From Thioalkalivibrionaceae bacterium (GTDB taxonomy: Bacteria > Pseudomonadota > Gammaproteobacteria > Ectothiorhodospirales > Ectothiorhodospiraceae): DNA of 64,000 nt. The notes below the pieces were generated by a model. It did not search any database, was not told where the DNA came from, and saw only the letters and a program-made list of their open reading frames with translations. A program made the translations under genes and the position numbers. The DNA lies in the NCBI GenBank assembly GCA_046299415.1, contig JBKBII010000007.1, positions 43,839 to 107,838 of the forward strand, in the 5' to 3' direction. Shown here piece by piece: positions 40,510 through 54,391 of the stretch. Every line of letters begins with the position of its first letter. Position 1 is the first letter of the stretch.

Positions 40510-41101
40510 TCCGTCAGGTCACTAAAGCGCGCTTATCGCCGGATCATGTTCGCGGCGCGTGTGCCCCCACCATGGCTCACTTGTCAGCACCGGCACGCTC
40601 GCGCGCCACGAAGGCCTACAGCGATTGCTGCCCCTCGCGCGCCTACTCTGGTCGTCAAGCAATCAATCACCCCTCGCCGTGTAGAATTGGACACCACGGT
40701 CGTCTCAGCGACTTGACACGTTCTGCAGGCTCACGCGTGTCACATGTCGGGAGATTTTCGCCCCGATGGGCTCAATCAAAGGATCGACGGTGTGCGAGAA
40801 GGCCGAGCATGATCGACGGCGCCTCAGAACCTGAAAATTGAGCGACCTTCGCTGAACCTAGCCGATCCTCCCCAAAGATCGGGCACTGAGCCGATTTTTA
40901 CGATGTTCGCGTCTGCGTGTTTAAGATGCAGTCGCGACCTGGGTCATTGGACAGGGTCACCGTCGGTACTGGCGAGAAAACGAAGACTCGATCATCCTGT
41001 GGCGATCGATTCTTATTCGTCACGAAATACGACACATGCCGGGGCACCAGAGCGGATCTCGGCGGTTTCGGCAGAGCTCGGCGCGCCCCATCGTGTCCAG
41101 C

Positions 41102-41917
41102 ATGAGGACAAAGCCCATGGCGGTGATCGCGATCACCAACCAGAAAGGCGGCGTGGGGAAAACCACAACCGCTATCAACCTTGCCGCGGCGCTGACCCAG
41201 CTTGGGCGCAGCGTGCTCGTGTTGGATATGGACCCGCAGGGCAATGCATCTACCGGCTCCGGCGTATCCGGCGATGCGGCCGACATGCCGTCGATCGGCG
41301 ACTGGTTGGTCGGCAGCGCCGCGTTCGAACAATCGATTATCCGAGTCGACGCAGGATTTGACGTCATGCCTTCCGACACACGCCTGACCAGTGCCGAGCT
41401 CGCGCTGCTCGACTCTTCGACTCGCGAACAATCCCTGCGTCTAAGGCTCGATCCCGTACGCAATCGTTATCACGAAATACTGATCGACTGCCCGCCTTCG
41501 CTGAACATGTTGACAGTAAACGCGTTGGTCGCCGCTGACGGCGTGCTGATTCCTATGCAGTGTGAATACTTCGCGCTAGAAGGGCTATCGGCGTTACTCG
41601 ATACTATCGAGGGCATACGCGCGAACCCCAATCCAACTCTCGAGATCATCGGCTTGGTGCGAACCCTGTTCGACCCGAGAAACCGCCTGACAGCCGATGT
41701 TTCGGCGCAGCTCGAAGCCCATTTCCAGGACCGTCTGATGCGAACGGTGATTCCACGCAACGTGCGGCTGGCCGAAGCGCCGAGCTTTGGGCAGCCAATT
41801 CAGCAATACGATCCTCAATCACGTGGTGCGGAAGCCTACATGGCGCTGGCGGGCGAATATCTCCGTCACCATTCGCGCTGGGCCCCATCGAATCAAAAAC
41901 CGAGTTCTCGCCCATGA
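41102..41917 (+). CDS. parA: chromosome partitioning ATPase ParA (Soj)
   Basis: AVIAITNQKGGVGKTTTAINLAAAL deviant Walker A, VLVLDMDPQGNAS, ILIDCPPSLN, RNVRLAEAPSFGQP. Start at ATG 41102 or 41117. Stop overlaps the parB start (ATGA). Confidence 0.93.
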   Translation: MRTKPMAVIAITNQKGGVGKTTTAINLAAALTQLGRSVLVLDMDPQGNASTGSGVSGDAADMPSIGDWLVGSAAFEQSIIRVDAGFDVMPSDTRLTSAELALLDSSTREQSLRLRLDPVRNRYHEILIDCPPSLNMLTVNALVAADGVLIPMQCEYFALEGLSALLDTIEGIRANPNPTLEIIGLVRTLFDPRNRLTADVSAQLEAHFQDRLMRTVIPRNVRLAEAPSFGQPIQQYDPQSRGAEAYMALAGEYLRHHSRWAPSNQKPSSRP

Positions 41918-42879
41918 ATAGAAAACGCCCGGGTCTGGGTCGTGGTCTTGACGCACTGCTCTCCCGAACAACCAATGCCACGACGCCACAAAAGTCAGGC
42001 ATGCCTGCAAGCGCAGTCTCCGCGAGCGATGATCGCGCAGTCGATGATGCTCGACCACAGGCCGATCTGCACCATCTACCCGTCGAGGCCATTGCCAGAA
42101 ATCCGTGGCAACCGCGTCGCCATATCGATGATGCCGCCCTGGAAGAATTGGCGACGTCGATCCGAAACCATGGCGTCGTGCAACCGATTGCCGTTCGGCG
42201 AACGCCCGCCGCGAGACTCAGTTCGGACCAGCCGCCCTACGAACTCATCGCAGGAGAGCGCCGATGGCGCGCAGCGCAGCGCCTTGGCCTCAAAACCATA
42301 CCGGCGGTCATCCACGACATCGACGATCGAGATGCAGCTGCCGTTGCCTTGATTGAAAACATCCAGCGCGAGGACCTGAATCCCCTTGAGGAGTCTCAGG
42401 CCCTGCATCGACTGATCGAAGAATTCGGCTTGACGCATCAGGCCGTGGCCGACGCTATTGGTCGATCACGTGCTGCGGTTACCAATTTGCTCCGTCTGAT
42501 GCAGCTTGCTCCACGCGTTCAAGCCATGCTTCGTGACCGTGAAATCGAAATGGGCCATGCGCGCGCCTTGCTCGGTCTGCCGGAAAACGATCAGCCCGCG
42601 CTGGCAGAACGCGCCGTTTTGCGCGGATGGAACGTCCGCCAGATCGAAGCCGCAGTGCGGGAGCGTCTGGCTACCCAGGGTGAAAACCCTCAGCCAACCC
42701 TGCCAAAAGACTCTCCGGCCGCGCCGGGCACCGATCACCGCGACCTCGAACGACGCCTCGCGGAGCGCCTAGGCGCCGCGACCAAGATCCGACCCGGAAG
42801 CAAGGGCCGCGGCAAGATCGTGATTGAGTACAACAGTCTCGACGAGCTCGACGGCCTAATCGAACGTATCGGCGTCTGA
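41914..42879 (+). CDS. parB: chromosome partitioning protein ParB (Spo0J)
   Basis: RPGLGRGLDALL, NPWQPRR, GVVQPIAVR, YELIAGERRWRAAQ, ALIENIQREDLNPLEE and HTH LTHQAVADAIGRSRAAVTNLLRL. Confidence 0.95.
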   Translation: MNRKRPGLGRGLDALLSRTTNATTPQKSGMPASAVSASDDRAVDDARPQADLHHLPVEAIARNPWQPRRHIDDAALEELATSIRNHGVVQPIAVRRTPAARLSSDQPPYELIAGERRWRAAQRLGLKTIPAVIHDIDDRDAAAVALIENIQREDLNPLEESQALHRLIEEFGLTHQAVADAIGRSRAAVTNLLRLMQLAPRVQAMLRDREIEMGHARALLGLPENDQPALAERAVLRGWNVRQIEAAVRERLATQGENPQPTLPKDSPAAPGTDHRDLERRLAERLGAATKIRPGSKGRGKIVIEYNSLDELDGLIERIGV

Positions 42880-43027
42880 ACGCAGGCATTCGGTTCTCTC
42901 ATGCACTTTTCGCGCTGTGCGTTCACAAAACGAACACCAAACCGGAAGACTCGCGGCACTCTAAACTCCGAAGCCCTTGTCGGGCCACAGGTCAGGACCT
43001 CGTCCGACGTGCATTCCTGAATGCGCG

Positions 43028-43056
43028 TTGACCGATCTTCAGCTCATCCTTATACT
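43028..43056 (+). promoter_or_regulatory. candidate sigma70 promoter of the atp operon
   Basis: TTGACC (43028-43033), a 17-nt spacer, then TATACT (43051-43056), about 60 nt upstream of the atpI start. Sequence match only. Confidence 0.45.
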
Positions 43057-43116
43057 CAGCCGCGCTGTCCGCACGAGCCTTACGCTCGGCGGCGTGATTC
43101 ACAACCCACGAGCCTC

Positions 43117-44692
<1,576 letters not shown>

Positions 44693-44739
44693 TGCGGGCG
44701 AGTCGAAAATTCCTCCACTCGACACGCTGAGGTAGCCGC

Positions 44740-45210
44740 ATGAACATCAATCTGACCCTGATCGGCCAGCTCCTGGCGTTCGTGGTCTTCGTCGGGTTCA
44801 CGATGCGCTTCGTCTGGCCCCCGCTGGCCGAAGCCCTTGAGACTCGGCGCAAGAAAATCGCCGAGGGCCTCGCTGCCGCTGAACGGGGCGAGCACGAACA
44901 ACGCCTCGCCGAAGAGCGCGCCAAAGACGTCATGAAGAAGGCGAAGGCCGAAGCAGCCGAGATCGTTGCCAACGCTCAGCGCCGCGCCAACGAGGTCGTC
45001 GAGGCCTCAAAAAGCACGGCTCGCGAAGAAGCGCAACGCATCAAGGACTCCGCCCAATCTGAAATCGAAACCGCCGTCAATCAAGCCCGCGAAGAGCTCA
45101 GAAAACAGCTCGGGACCTTGATCATTGAAGGTGCCGAACAGGTGATCAAACGCGAGATCGACGCGAAAGCGCACGGCGATATCGTCCAGGACCTCGCCGC
45201 GAAACTTTGA
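44740..45210 (+). CDS. atpF: F0F1 ATP synthase subunit b
   Basis: [29 protein letters not shown], then a long charged helix. Operon position. Confidence 0.93.
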   Translation: MNINLTLIGQLLAFVVFVGFTMRFVWPPLAEALETRRKKIAEGLAAAERGEHEQRLAEERAKDVMKKAKAEAAEIVANAQRRANEVVEASKSTAREEAQRIKDSAQSEIETAVNQAREELRKQLGTLIIEGAEQVIKREIDAKAHGDIVQDLAAKL

Positions 45211-45218
45211 GGGAAGCT

Positions 45219-45755
45219 ATGACCGCCACCGCAGTGATCGCTCGACCCTACGCCCGCGCCGCTTTTGAGTGGGCGCGAGAGCACGACAAGGTCGAGGCCT
45301 GGGCCGAAGCTTTGGGTTTCCTCGAAGCTGTCGTTTCAGACGCCGACCTGTCTGCTCTTCTGGCAGATCCCCGCCACGGTCGAGCAGAGAAGACCCAAGC
45401 GCTGTTGGACATCGCGGCTGATCGCCTTGATACCGAACAACAGAGCTTCCTGCGTCTGTTGGGAGAAAATGGTCGGCTGGCTGCCATCGCAGCCGTTAGT
45501 CAGGCCTTCCGCGAGCTTCGTTCTTCGTCCGAGCGAAAGATTCAGGCGCGGGCCACATCGTTCCGCAAACTGACACAGGCCCAACTCAAGACGCTGACGC
45601 AAGCTCTCACAGATCGTCTGCAGTGCGAAGTCGAACTCGAACAAGACGTCGACGAGTCGTTGCTCGGGGGTGTCGTGCTCCGCGCAGGGGACCTCGTGAT
45701 CGACGGATCGGTGCGTGGCCAATTGCAACGCCTCGCCTCCCAGCTCAGCCGATAA
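45219..45755 (+). CDS. atpH: F0F1 ATP synthase subunit delta
   Basis: MTATAVIARPYARAAFEWA... and C-terminal GGVVLRAGDLVIDGSVRGQLQRL. Start at ATG 45219 after GAGGGAAG. Confidence 0.92.
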   Translation: MTATAVIARPYARAAFEWAREHDKVEAWAEALGFLEAVVSDADLSALLADPRHGRAEKTQALLDIAADRLDTEQQSFLRLLGENGRLAAIAAVSQAFRELRSSSERKIQARATSFRKLTQAQLKTLTQALTDRLQCEVELEQDVDESLLGGVVLRAGDLVIDGSVRGQLQRLASQLSR

Positions 45756-45770
45756 CCAAGGATTACAACC

Positions 45771-47312
45771 ATGGAACTCAATCCCTCCGAGATCAGTGAG
45801 CTGATCAAGAAGCGTATTTCCAGCTTCGACGCCCGCTCTGAGACGCGCACCGAAGGCACTATCGTTAGCCTGACCGACGGTATCGCCCGCATCTACGGCC
45901 TCGCCGACGCCATGCAAGGTGAAATGCTCGAGTTTTCGAACGACACCTACGGCTTGGCCCTCAACCTCGAACGAGATTCAGTCGGCGCAGTTGTGCTCGG
46001 CGACTACAAACAAATCTCCGAAGGTGACACGGTCCGGTGTACTGGGCGGATTCTCGAGGTCCCGGTCGGTGAAGCCCTGCTCGGTCGAGTCGTAAACTCA
46101 CTGGGTCATGCCATCGATGGCAAGGGCGCCATCGATACCGAGCATTCCAGTCCGATCGAAAAGATCGCGCCGGGCGTTATCGAGCGTCAGTCCGTCGATC
46201 AGCCAGTCCAAACCGGTATCAAGGCCATCGACGCGATGGTTCCAATCGGCCGCGGCCAGCGTGAGCTCATCATCGGTGACCGCCAGACAGGTAAGACTGC
46301 GGTCGCCGTTGACGCGATCATCAACCAGATCGGCACGGGCGTAAAATGCATTTATGTTGCCGTCGGACAAAAAGCATCGTCGGTCGCGAATGTCGTTCGC
46401 AAACTTGAAGAAACCGGTGCGCTGGCGCACACGATCGTTGTCGCCGCCAACGCGTCAGAGTCTGCGGCCATGCAGTTCATCGCGCCGTACGCCGGTTGTG
46501 CGATGGGTGAGTACTTCCGTGATCGCGGCGAAGACGCGCTGATCATCTACGATGATTTGACCAAACAGGCTTGGGCTTATCGCCAAGTCTCGTTGTTGCT
46601 GCGCCGTCCTCCGGGTCGCGAGGCCTATCCTGGTGACGTTTTCTACCTGCACTCTCGCCTGCTCGAACGCGCATCTCGCGTGAACGCCGAGTACGTCGAA
46701 CGGTTCACCAATGGCGAAGTCAAGGGCAAGACCGGCTCGCTCACGGCTCTCCCGATCATCGAGACCCAGGCGGGCGACGTGTCGGCGTTCGTGCCGACAA
46801 ACGTGATTTCCATCACTGATGGTCAGATTTTTCTCGAAACCGACCTGTTCAACGCGGGTATCCGACCGGCCATCAATGCCGGCTTGTCCGTGTCGCGTGT
46901 CGGTGGCGCGGCTCAGACGAAGATCATCAAGAAGTTGGGCGGCGGTGTCCGTCTGGCACTCGCCCAGTACCGTGAGCTCGCGGCCTTTTCACAATTCGCC
47001 TCCGACCTCGACGAACTGACACGCAAACAGCTGGACCGCGGCAAGCGTGTTACTGAGTTGATGAAACAGGGGCAGTATCAGCCCATGTCCGTCGCCGAGA
47101 TGGCGTTTTCGTTGTTCGCGGCCAACGAAGGCTTCTTAGATGACGTCGAAGCGAACAAGGTGGTCGACTTCGAGCGTGCGCTTATCGACTACCTAGGCTC
47201 GTCGCAGAAAGCGCTGCTTGACCGGATCAACGAGTCAGGTGACTACAACGACGAGATCGCAGGCGCGATGCGCAAGGCGCTCGAAGAGTTCAAGGCCAAG
47301 CACAGCTGGTAA
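45771..47312 (+). CDS. atpA: F0F1 ATP synthase subunit alpha
   Basis: 513 aa. GDRQTGKTA Walker [36 protein letters not shown]. Confidence 0.98.
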   Translation: MELNPSEISELIKKRISSFDARSETRTEGTIVSLTDGIARIYGLADAMQGEMLEFSNDTYGLALNLERDSVGAVVLGDYKQISEGDTVRCTGRILEVPVGEALLGRVVNSLGHAIDGKGAIDTEHSSPIEKIAPGVIERQSVDQPVQTGIKAIDAMVPIGRGQRELIIGDRQTGKTAVAVDAIINQIGTGVKCIYVAVGQKASSVANVVRKLEETGALAHTIVVAANASESAAMQFIAPYAGCAMGEYFRDRGEDALIIYDDLTKQAWAYRQVSLLLRRPPGREAYPGDVFYLHSRLLERASRVNAEYVERFTNGEVKGKTGSLTALPIIETQAGDVSAFVPTNVISITDGQIFLETDLFNAGIRPAINAGLSVSRVGGAAQTKIIKKLGGGVRLALAQYRELAAFSQFASDLDELTRKQLDRGKRVTELMKQGQYQPMSVAEMAFSLFAANEGFLDDVEANKVVDFERALIDYLGSSQKALLDRINESGDYNDEIAGAMRKALEEFKAKHSW

Positions 47313-47325
47313 GCCGGAGGCCGTA

Positions 47326-49621
<2,296 letters not shown>

Positions 49622-49633
49622 GCGGGGTGGCAT

Positions 49634-50053
49634 ATGGCCATGACGATCCACGTAGACGTGGTCAGTGCCGAAGAGTCGATCTACTCGGGCACTGCCTACA
49701 TGATCGCAGTTCCGACGGAGACGGGGGAGGTTGGCATTTATCCCCGCCACACCCAGCTCGTCGCGCGGCTTAAGCCGGGCGAGCTTCGTATACAAGAGAA
49801 GGAAGGCGCGGAGCCGCAGCACGTTTTTGTGTCTGGAGGGCTATTAGAGGTACAGCCGCACGTCGTGACCGTGCTGGCGGACACGGCCATTCGCGCCAAG
49901 GACCTCGACGAAGCCGAGGCCCTTGAAGCGAAGAAGCGTGCTGAGGAAGCCTTGGCTAATTCGAAGGCCGATTTTGACTATGCCAAGGCGCAGGCCGAGT
50001 TGATCGAAGCTTCGGCGCGACTGCAGATGATTCAAAAGCTTCGCCGGAACTGA
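49634..50053 (+). CDS. atpC: F0F1 ATP synthase subunit epsilon
   Basis: [19 protein letters not shown] closely parallels the E. coli AtpC N-terminus. 139 aa; operon position. Confidence 0.95.
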   Translation: MAMTIHVDVVSAEESIYSGTAYMIAVPTETGEVGIYPRHTQLVARLKPGELRIQEKEGAEPQHVFVSGGLLEVQPHVVTVLADTAIRAKDLDEAEALEAKKRAEEALANSKADFDYAKAQAELIEASARLQMIQKLRRN

Positions 50054-50169
50054 GAAAGGCGTCGGCAGCATTCGTGGCGAATTCGATTCAGGCTAGGTAT
50101 CGGAACCACGGTTGTGCGTTTGCGAAGAAGACGGCTGGGTTTCGCCCAGACGGCTTCAGGTTTACCGAG

Positions 50170-50195
50170 AAACCGGCCCCAGTGGCCGGTTTTTT
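50170..50195 (+). terminator. rho-independent terminator downstream of atpC
   Basis: AAACCGGCC (50170-50178) pairs with GGCCGGTTT (50084+100 offset: 50184-50192) across a 5-nt loop, running into a T-tract (TTTTTT, 50190-50195). Confidence 0.7.
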
Positions 50196-50385
50196 CGTGG
50201 CGAACCGCGATGAGCGTAATGAGTCGCTCGCCTGTGAGGCCGAGCTGTCACAGCGCTGGACTTCGGTCAGTAGAAGCGCCAGCGACGGTATGGGCCAACG
50301 TTTGCTCGTCGATGTATCCGCTTTCCCCCAGTTCGCTAGGCTAGGTCGCCTGAACCCAGCTTATTGAGACGCCTACGGAGTCCTC

Positions 50386-51981
50386 ATGTCAGACCCGCGA
50401 TCTTCTCGCTTACATGTCGTGATTCTCGCGGCGGGTCGCGGAACACGGATGAATTCCGCACGCCCCAAAGTTCTTCACCCCGTTCTCGGAACGCCGATGA
50501 TCGTTCGTGTGTTGAAGACGGCGATCGAGCTCAATCCACAGAAAATCACCGTCGTCGTTGGCTTTGGTTCAGAACAGGTGCGTGAGGGGGTGAACACGTG
50601 GTGGGAAAACGAGGTGTCGGTGAGATTGGCCCAAGACTCTGCCAACGCTCAGCGGGGAGTAGGATCAATGGCGCCACTGCCGACCCTTGATTTTGCCTTG
50701 CAAAATCCGCCCGCGGGGACGGGTCATGCAGTGGCCGTCGCCCTCGATGAATGCCTGAGTACGGACTCTCAGACTGCCGTTGGCCAACTATCGATCACGA
50801 CTAGCCAAGGCATCACTCCCGACAAGCGCCTAGCGGCTGCGCCCGACGGGGCGTTGCGCCATGACAGTCCACGCGTTCTGGTCATGTATGGCGATGTACC
50901 GGCATTAACGAAGGACGATCTCGAGCCGTTGCTTGAAATGCACGCGAAGTCTGTGAATCACCCTTGCGCGATTCTTGGAATGATCAAGCCGGATCCAACG
51001 GGTTACGGCCGATTGATGACCAATGCCGCGGGTGGCGTGACGGCCATCGTCGAAGAACGCGACGCGAGCCCAGAACAAAAACAAGTTAACTTCGTCAACA
51101 CGGGCATTCTGGTGGCTCATCGCCACGACCTTCGATCCGCCCTTGCGACGATCATGGCCACGCCCCCTGAAAACGCGGCGAAGGAATGGTACCTGACCGA
51201 TGTCGTACGCCTGTTTGCGGGCGATAGCGGCGTGCCAGTGGCGACGCTTGCCAAATCTTGGCACGCCGAGGGCGTCAACGATCAGGCTCAACGCTCCAAT
51301 CTTGAGCGTCGGATGATGGACGAACACATCGATCAATGGCAGCGCGACGGCCTGGCACTAGACGCACCTTCTCGCGTGACGGTCGAGGGGGACTTGATGT
51401 TCGGGCGGGATTGTCGACTCGGGCCCGACGTCGTAATACGTGGCGCGGTGCGGTTGGGCAGTGGAGTCACGATCGGGCAAGGGGTTCATCTTGAAAACAC
51501 GACGATCGGTGACGACGTCACGGTTCTCGCGTATTCGATACTGACATCGGCCGTCGTCGGGAATCACGCCCAGATCGGGCCTCATGCTCGGCTACGCCCG
51601 GGCAGCAGAATCGGGACTGGCGCGCGCATCGGAAATTTCGTTGAGATTAAGAACGCCAACATTGGTGATCGATCCAAGGTCAATCATTTAAGTTACGTCG
51701 GCGACGCAACCGTCGGGGCCGATTGTAATCTTGGTGCCGGGACCATCACTTGTAACTACGATGGCCGAGCCAAATACCGAACGACCATCGGAGATCGTGC
51801 GTTCATCGGTTCCAATACAGCACTCGTCGCGCCGGTCTCAGTGGGCTCAGGGAGTGTGATTGGTGCAGGTTCTGTCATCACGGAGAATGTCCCGGCCGAT
51901 GCTCTTGCCGTGGCACGCTCGCGACAAGTGACCAAAGCGCAATGGACCGCCAATCGGCCGCCGATTAAAGCGGAGTCATGA
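50386..51981 (+). CDS. glmU: bifunctional GlcNAc-1-phosphate uridyltransferase / glucosamine-1-phosphate acetyltransferase, with insertions
   Basis: HVVILAAGRGTRMNSARPKVLHPVLG, GTGHAV, MYGDVP, and C-terminal left-handed beta-helix hexapeptide repeats ending NYDGRAKYRTTIGDRAFIGSNT. It is 531 aa versus about 455 as I recall. Confidence 0.93.
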   Translation: MSDPRSSRLHVVILAAGRGTRMNSARPKVLHPVLGTPMIVRVLKTAIELNPQKITVVVGFGSEQVREGVNTWWENEVSVRLAQDSANAQRGVGSMAPLPTLDFALQNPPAGTGHAVAVALDECLSTDSQTAVGQLSITTSQGITPDKRLAAAPDGALRHDSPRVLVMYGDVPALTKDDLEPLLEMHAKSVNHPCAILGMIKPDPTGYGRLMTNAAGGVTAIVEERDASPEQKQVNFVNTGILVAHRHDLRSALATIMATPPENAAKEWYLTDVVRLFAGDSGVPVATLAKSWHAEGVNDQAQRSNLERRMMDEHIDQWQRDGLALDAPSRVTVEGDLMFGRDCRLGPDVVIRGAVRLGSGVTIGQGVHLENTTIGDDVTVLAYSILTSAVVGNHAQIGPHARLRPGSRIGTGARIGNFVEIKNANIGDRSKVNHLSYVGDATVGADCNLGAGTITCNYDGRAKYRTTIGDRAFIGSNTALVAPVSVGSGSVIGAGSVITENVPADALAVARSRQVTKAQWTANRPPIKAES

Positions 51982-52384
51982 CTTGGCCAGGGCACTGCAG
52001 GTCGTCTCGGTCGATCAACGCCCAGGGCCGGTTTCGTCGTGATGGCCTGATGTGAAAACCGTGAAGCACCGGATAACCCGAGCCGGCAGCTCGCTCAAAA
52101 ACCGTGAAAAACTCAACGTATAGCGTTACGGCACAAGGCATTTGCGGATTGACCGGTCTCAGTTTCAACGGCTCGGTATGGAATCGAAGGCTATCTAAAG
52201 CGAGACGCCACGACGCGGCGCTGCAGTCGAACATCGCAGACTCAGGCTTTTTTCCTGGAGCAGCGACGAGTCGGGTACCTCGGAACTGGACAGTCGGTTC
52301 GACTCGGTTGCGATCGGATACCGCGACCAACCCTGATCGCGCTGACCCAGGCGACAGAATCAATATTTTCAAGGATCATTCTCG

Positions 52385-54391
52385 ATGTGCGGAATCATCG
52401 CAGCGGTTGCCGAACGCAACGTCGTGCCCATTCTCCTCGAAGGCCTCCGCCGACTCGAGTATCGCGGTTACGATTCGGCGGGGTTGGCCGGCGTATCCGT
52501 AGCTGACTCGCTTCCTAATCAGCTCAGCGAAGGTCGTGCGCCGACCGCAAAGGTCAGTGCCGGGTGTGCCCTTGCTCAAGGCCGAGAAGCGGAAGGTGGA
52601 ATCCCTCGTCGCTCCGAGACCATCGTAAGGGTCCGTGCTGTCGGCAAAGTCCGAATGCTCGCCGAACGGCTCGATCAATCGCCTCTGAGCCTAACGCTGG
52701 GAATTGCCCACACCCGGTGGGCGACGCACGGTGTCCCCAGTGATAGCAATGCGCATCCACACATTGCTGGTGGGCGGATCGCGATCGTTCACAACGGAAT
52801 CATCGAAAACCACACCGTACTGGCCGCCGAGCTTGCAGAGGACGGATACGTCGCCGACAGCGACACGGACAGTGAGATCATCGCCCTGTGGTTGCTGCGC
52901 GCGGTTGAACGGGGTACGGCGCTGATCACCGCTGTCGCCGAGCTTCACCGCGTCCTGCGTGGTGCGTTTGCGCTGGTCGTCATTGATCGCAACGACCCCG
53001 ACCACTTTATCGCCACTCGCCACGGTAGCCCCTTGGTAATCGGTATTGGGCTCGGTGAGCATTTCGCTGCCTCCGATGCCCAGGCCATTGCTCCAGTCAC
53101 GCGTCGCATGGTTCGACTTGAAGACGGAGACGTTGCGCTCATCGCACGCGATCACTACGCGATTTTCCGCGAGGGCGTCTCGATCGACCGGCCTATTGAA
53201 GTCATCGCGGAGGCGGATGCGACTACCGGTCACGAGGGCTATCGGCATTTCATGGAGAAAGAAATCTTTGAGCAACCAGCCGTGTTGGCCGAGACGATCG
53301 AGGGTCGCTTGACCGAAAGCGGAGTCGATCCGACTCTTTTGGGGCCGGATACGGAACGTTTGCTTCAAGGCATTCAGGCGGTTCATTTCGTCGCTTGTGG
53401 CACGAGCTATCACGCCGCGATGGTTGCGCGCCAATGGTGCGAGGCGATCGCCGGGGTTTCGGCAAACGCCGAAGTGGCGTCGGAGTTCCGCTATCGTGAC
53501 GTCGTTGTACCCGAAAATGCCCTCCTCGTCGTCGTCTCCCAGTCTGGCGAAACGGCCGATACCCTGTCCGTGCTGCGCGCTTCTCGTGACGCTGGATACA
53601 GAGCTCGACTCGGCATCTGCAATCGTGCTGATTCGACGATGGTGCGGGAAGCCGACGCGACACTGTTAACTCGGGCTGGCGCAGAAATTGGCGTTGCCTC
53701 GACGAAGGCGTTCACGACCCAGCTGTTGGCCCTGGCCCTGTTGGTGTTGCGTGTCGCTCAATCCCGCGCATTACCTTCCGACCGTAGGCTACGCTCCGAG
53801 GCTCCCGACTACGTTCGTGCTCTGCAGGCGCTTCCGGCTCTCGCGCAGGTTTGGCTCGACACGGCTCGTGAACCAATCGAGGCACTGGCCGCCGATCTCC
53901 AAGGATACGACCACGCCTTGTTTCTGGGTCGCGGAGTCTTTTTCCCGATTGCTCTCGAAGGCGCCCTCAAGCTCAAGGAAATATCGTACATCCACTCCGA
54001 AGCCTATCCCGCGGGCGAACTCAAGCACGGTCCCCTCGCCCTCATCGACGAACGGATGCCAGTAGTGGTCGTCGCGCCCACTGACCCGATGCTGGAAAAA
54101 CTCATGGCGAATCTGCAAGAGGTTCGGGCGCGCGGTGGACGCCTTTTCGTGCTGGCGGATCGACCTCCGGAGCCAGATTTACCCGAACACGATCGCTGGA
54201 TTCAGCTTCCCGCTCGCACCGAATCGCCGGGGAATGACACTATTGCGAGTATGGGCACCGTCGCCGCGATGCTGACAACGCCAATCTTGATGACACTGCC
54301 GCTGCAACTACTGGCCTATCACGTGGCGAGGCTGCGCGGAACCGATGTCGATCGCCCCCGGAACCTGGCCAAATCAGTGACGGTGGAATAG
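52385..54391 (+). CDS. glmS: glutamine--fructose-6-phosphate aminotransferase (isomerizing)
   Basis: MCGIIAAV (N-terminal Cys nucleophile), LEYRGYDSAG, IAHTRWATHG, two SIS domains (SQSGETADT, GRGVFFPIALEGALKLKEISYIHSEAY), and terminal KSVTVE. Confidence 0.96.
   Translation: MCGIIAAVAERNVVPILLEGLRRLEYRGYDSAGLAGVSVADSLPNQLSEGRAPTAKVSAGCALAQGREAEGGIPRRSETIVRVRAVGKVRMLAERLDQSPLSLTLGIAHTRWATHGVPSDSNAHPHIAGGRIAIVHNGIIENHTVLAAELAEDGYVADSDTDSEIIALWLLRAVERGTALITAVAELHRVLRGAFALVVIDRNDPDHFIATRHGSPLVIGIGLGEHFAASDAQAIAPVTRRMVRLEDGDVALIARDHYAIFREGVSIDRPIEVIAEADATTGHEGYRHFMEKEIFEQPAVLAETIEGRLTESGVDPTLLGPDTERLLQGIQAVHFVACGTSYHAAMVARQWCEAIAGVSANAEVASEFRYRDVVVPENALLVVVSQSGETADTLSVLRASRDAGYRARLGICNRADSTMVREADATLLTRAGAEIGVASTKAFTTQLLALALLVLRVAQSRALPSDRRLRSEAPDYVRALQALPALAQVWLDTAREPIEALAADLQGYDHALFLGRGVFFPIALEGALKLKEISYIHSEAYPAGELKHGPLALIDERMPVVVVAPTDPMLEKLMANLQEVRARGGRLFVLADRPPEPDLPEHDRWIQLPARTESPGNDTIASMGTVAAMLTTPILMTLPLQLLAYHVARLRGTDVDRPRNLAKSVTVE

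Noticed and set aside
51965-52372. 135-aa minus-strand ORF filling the glmU-glmS spacer.
   Set aside because: It overlaps the glmU 3' end, has no recognisable motif, and its composition is not coding-like by eye. Kept only as part of the spacer observation.
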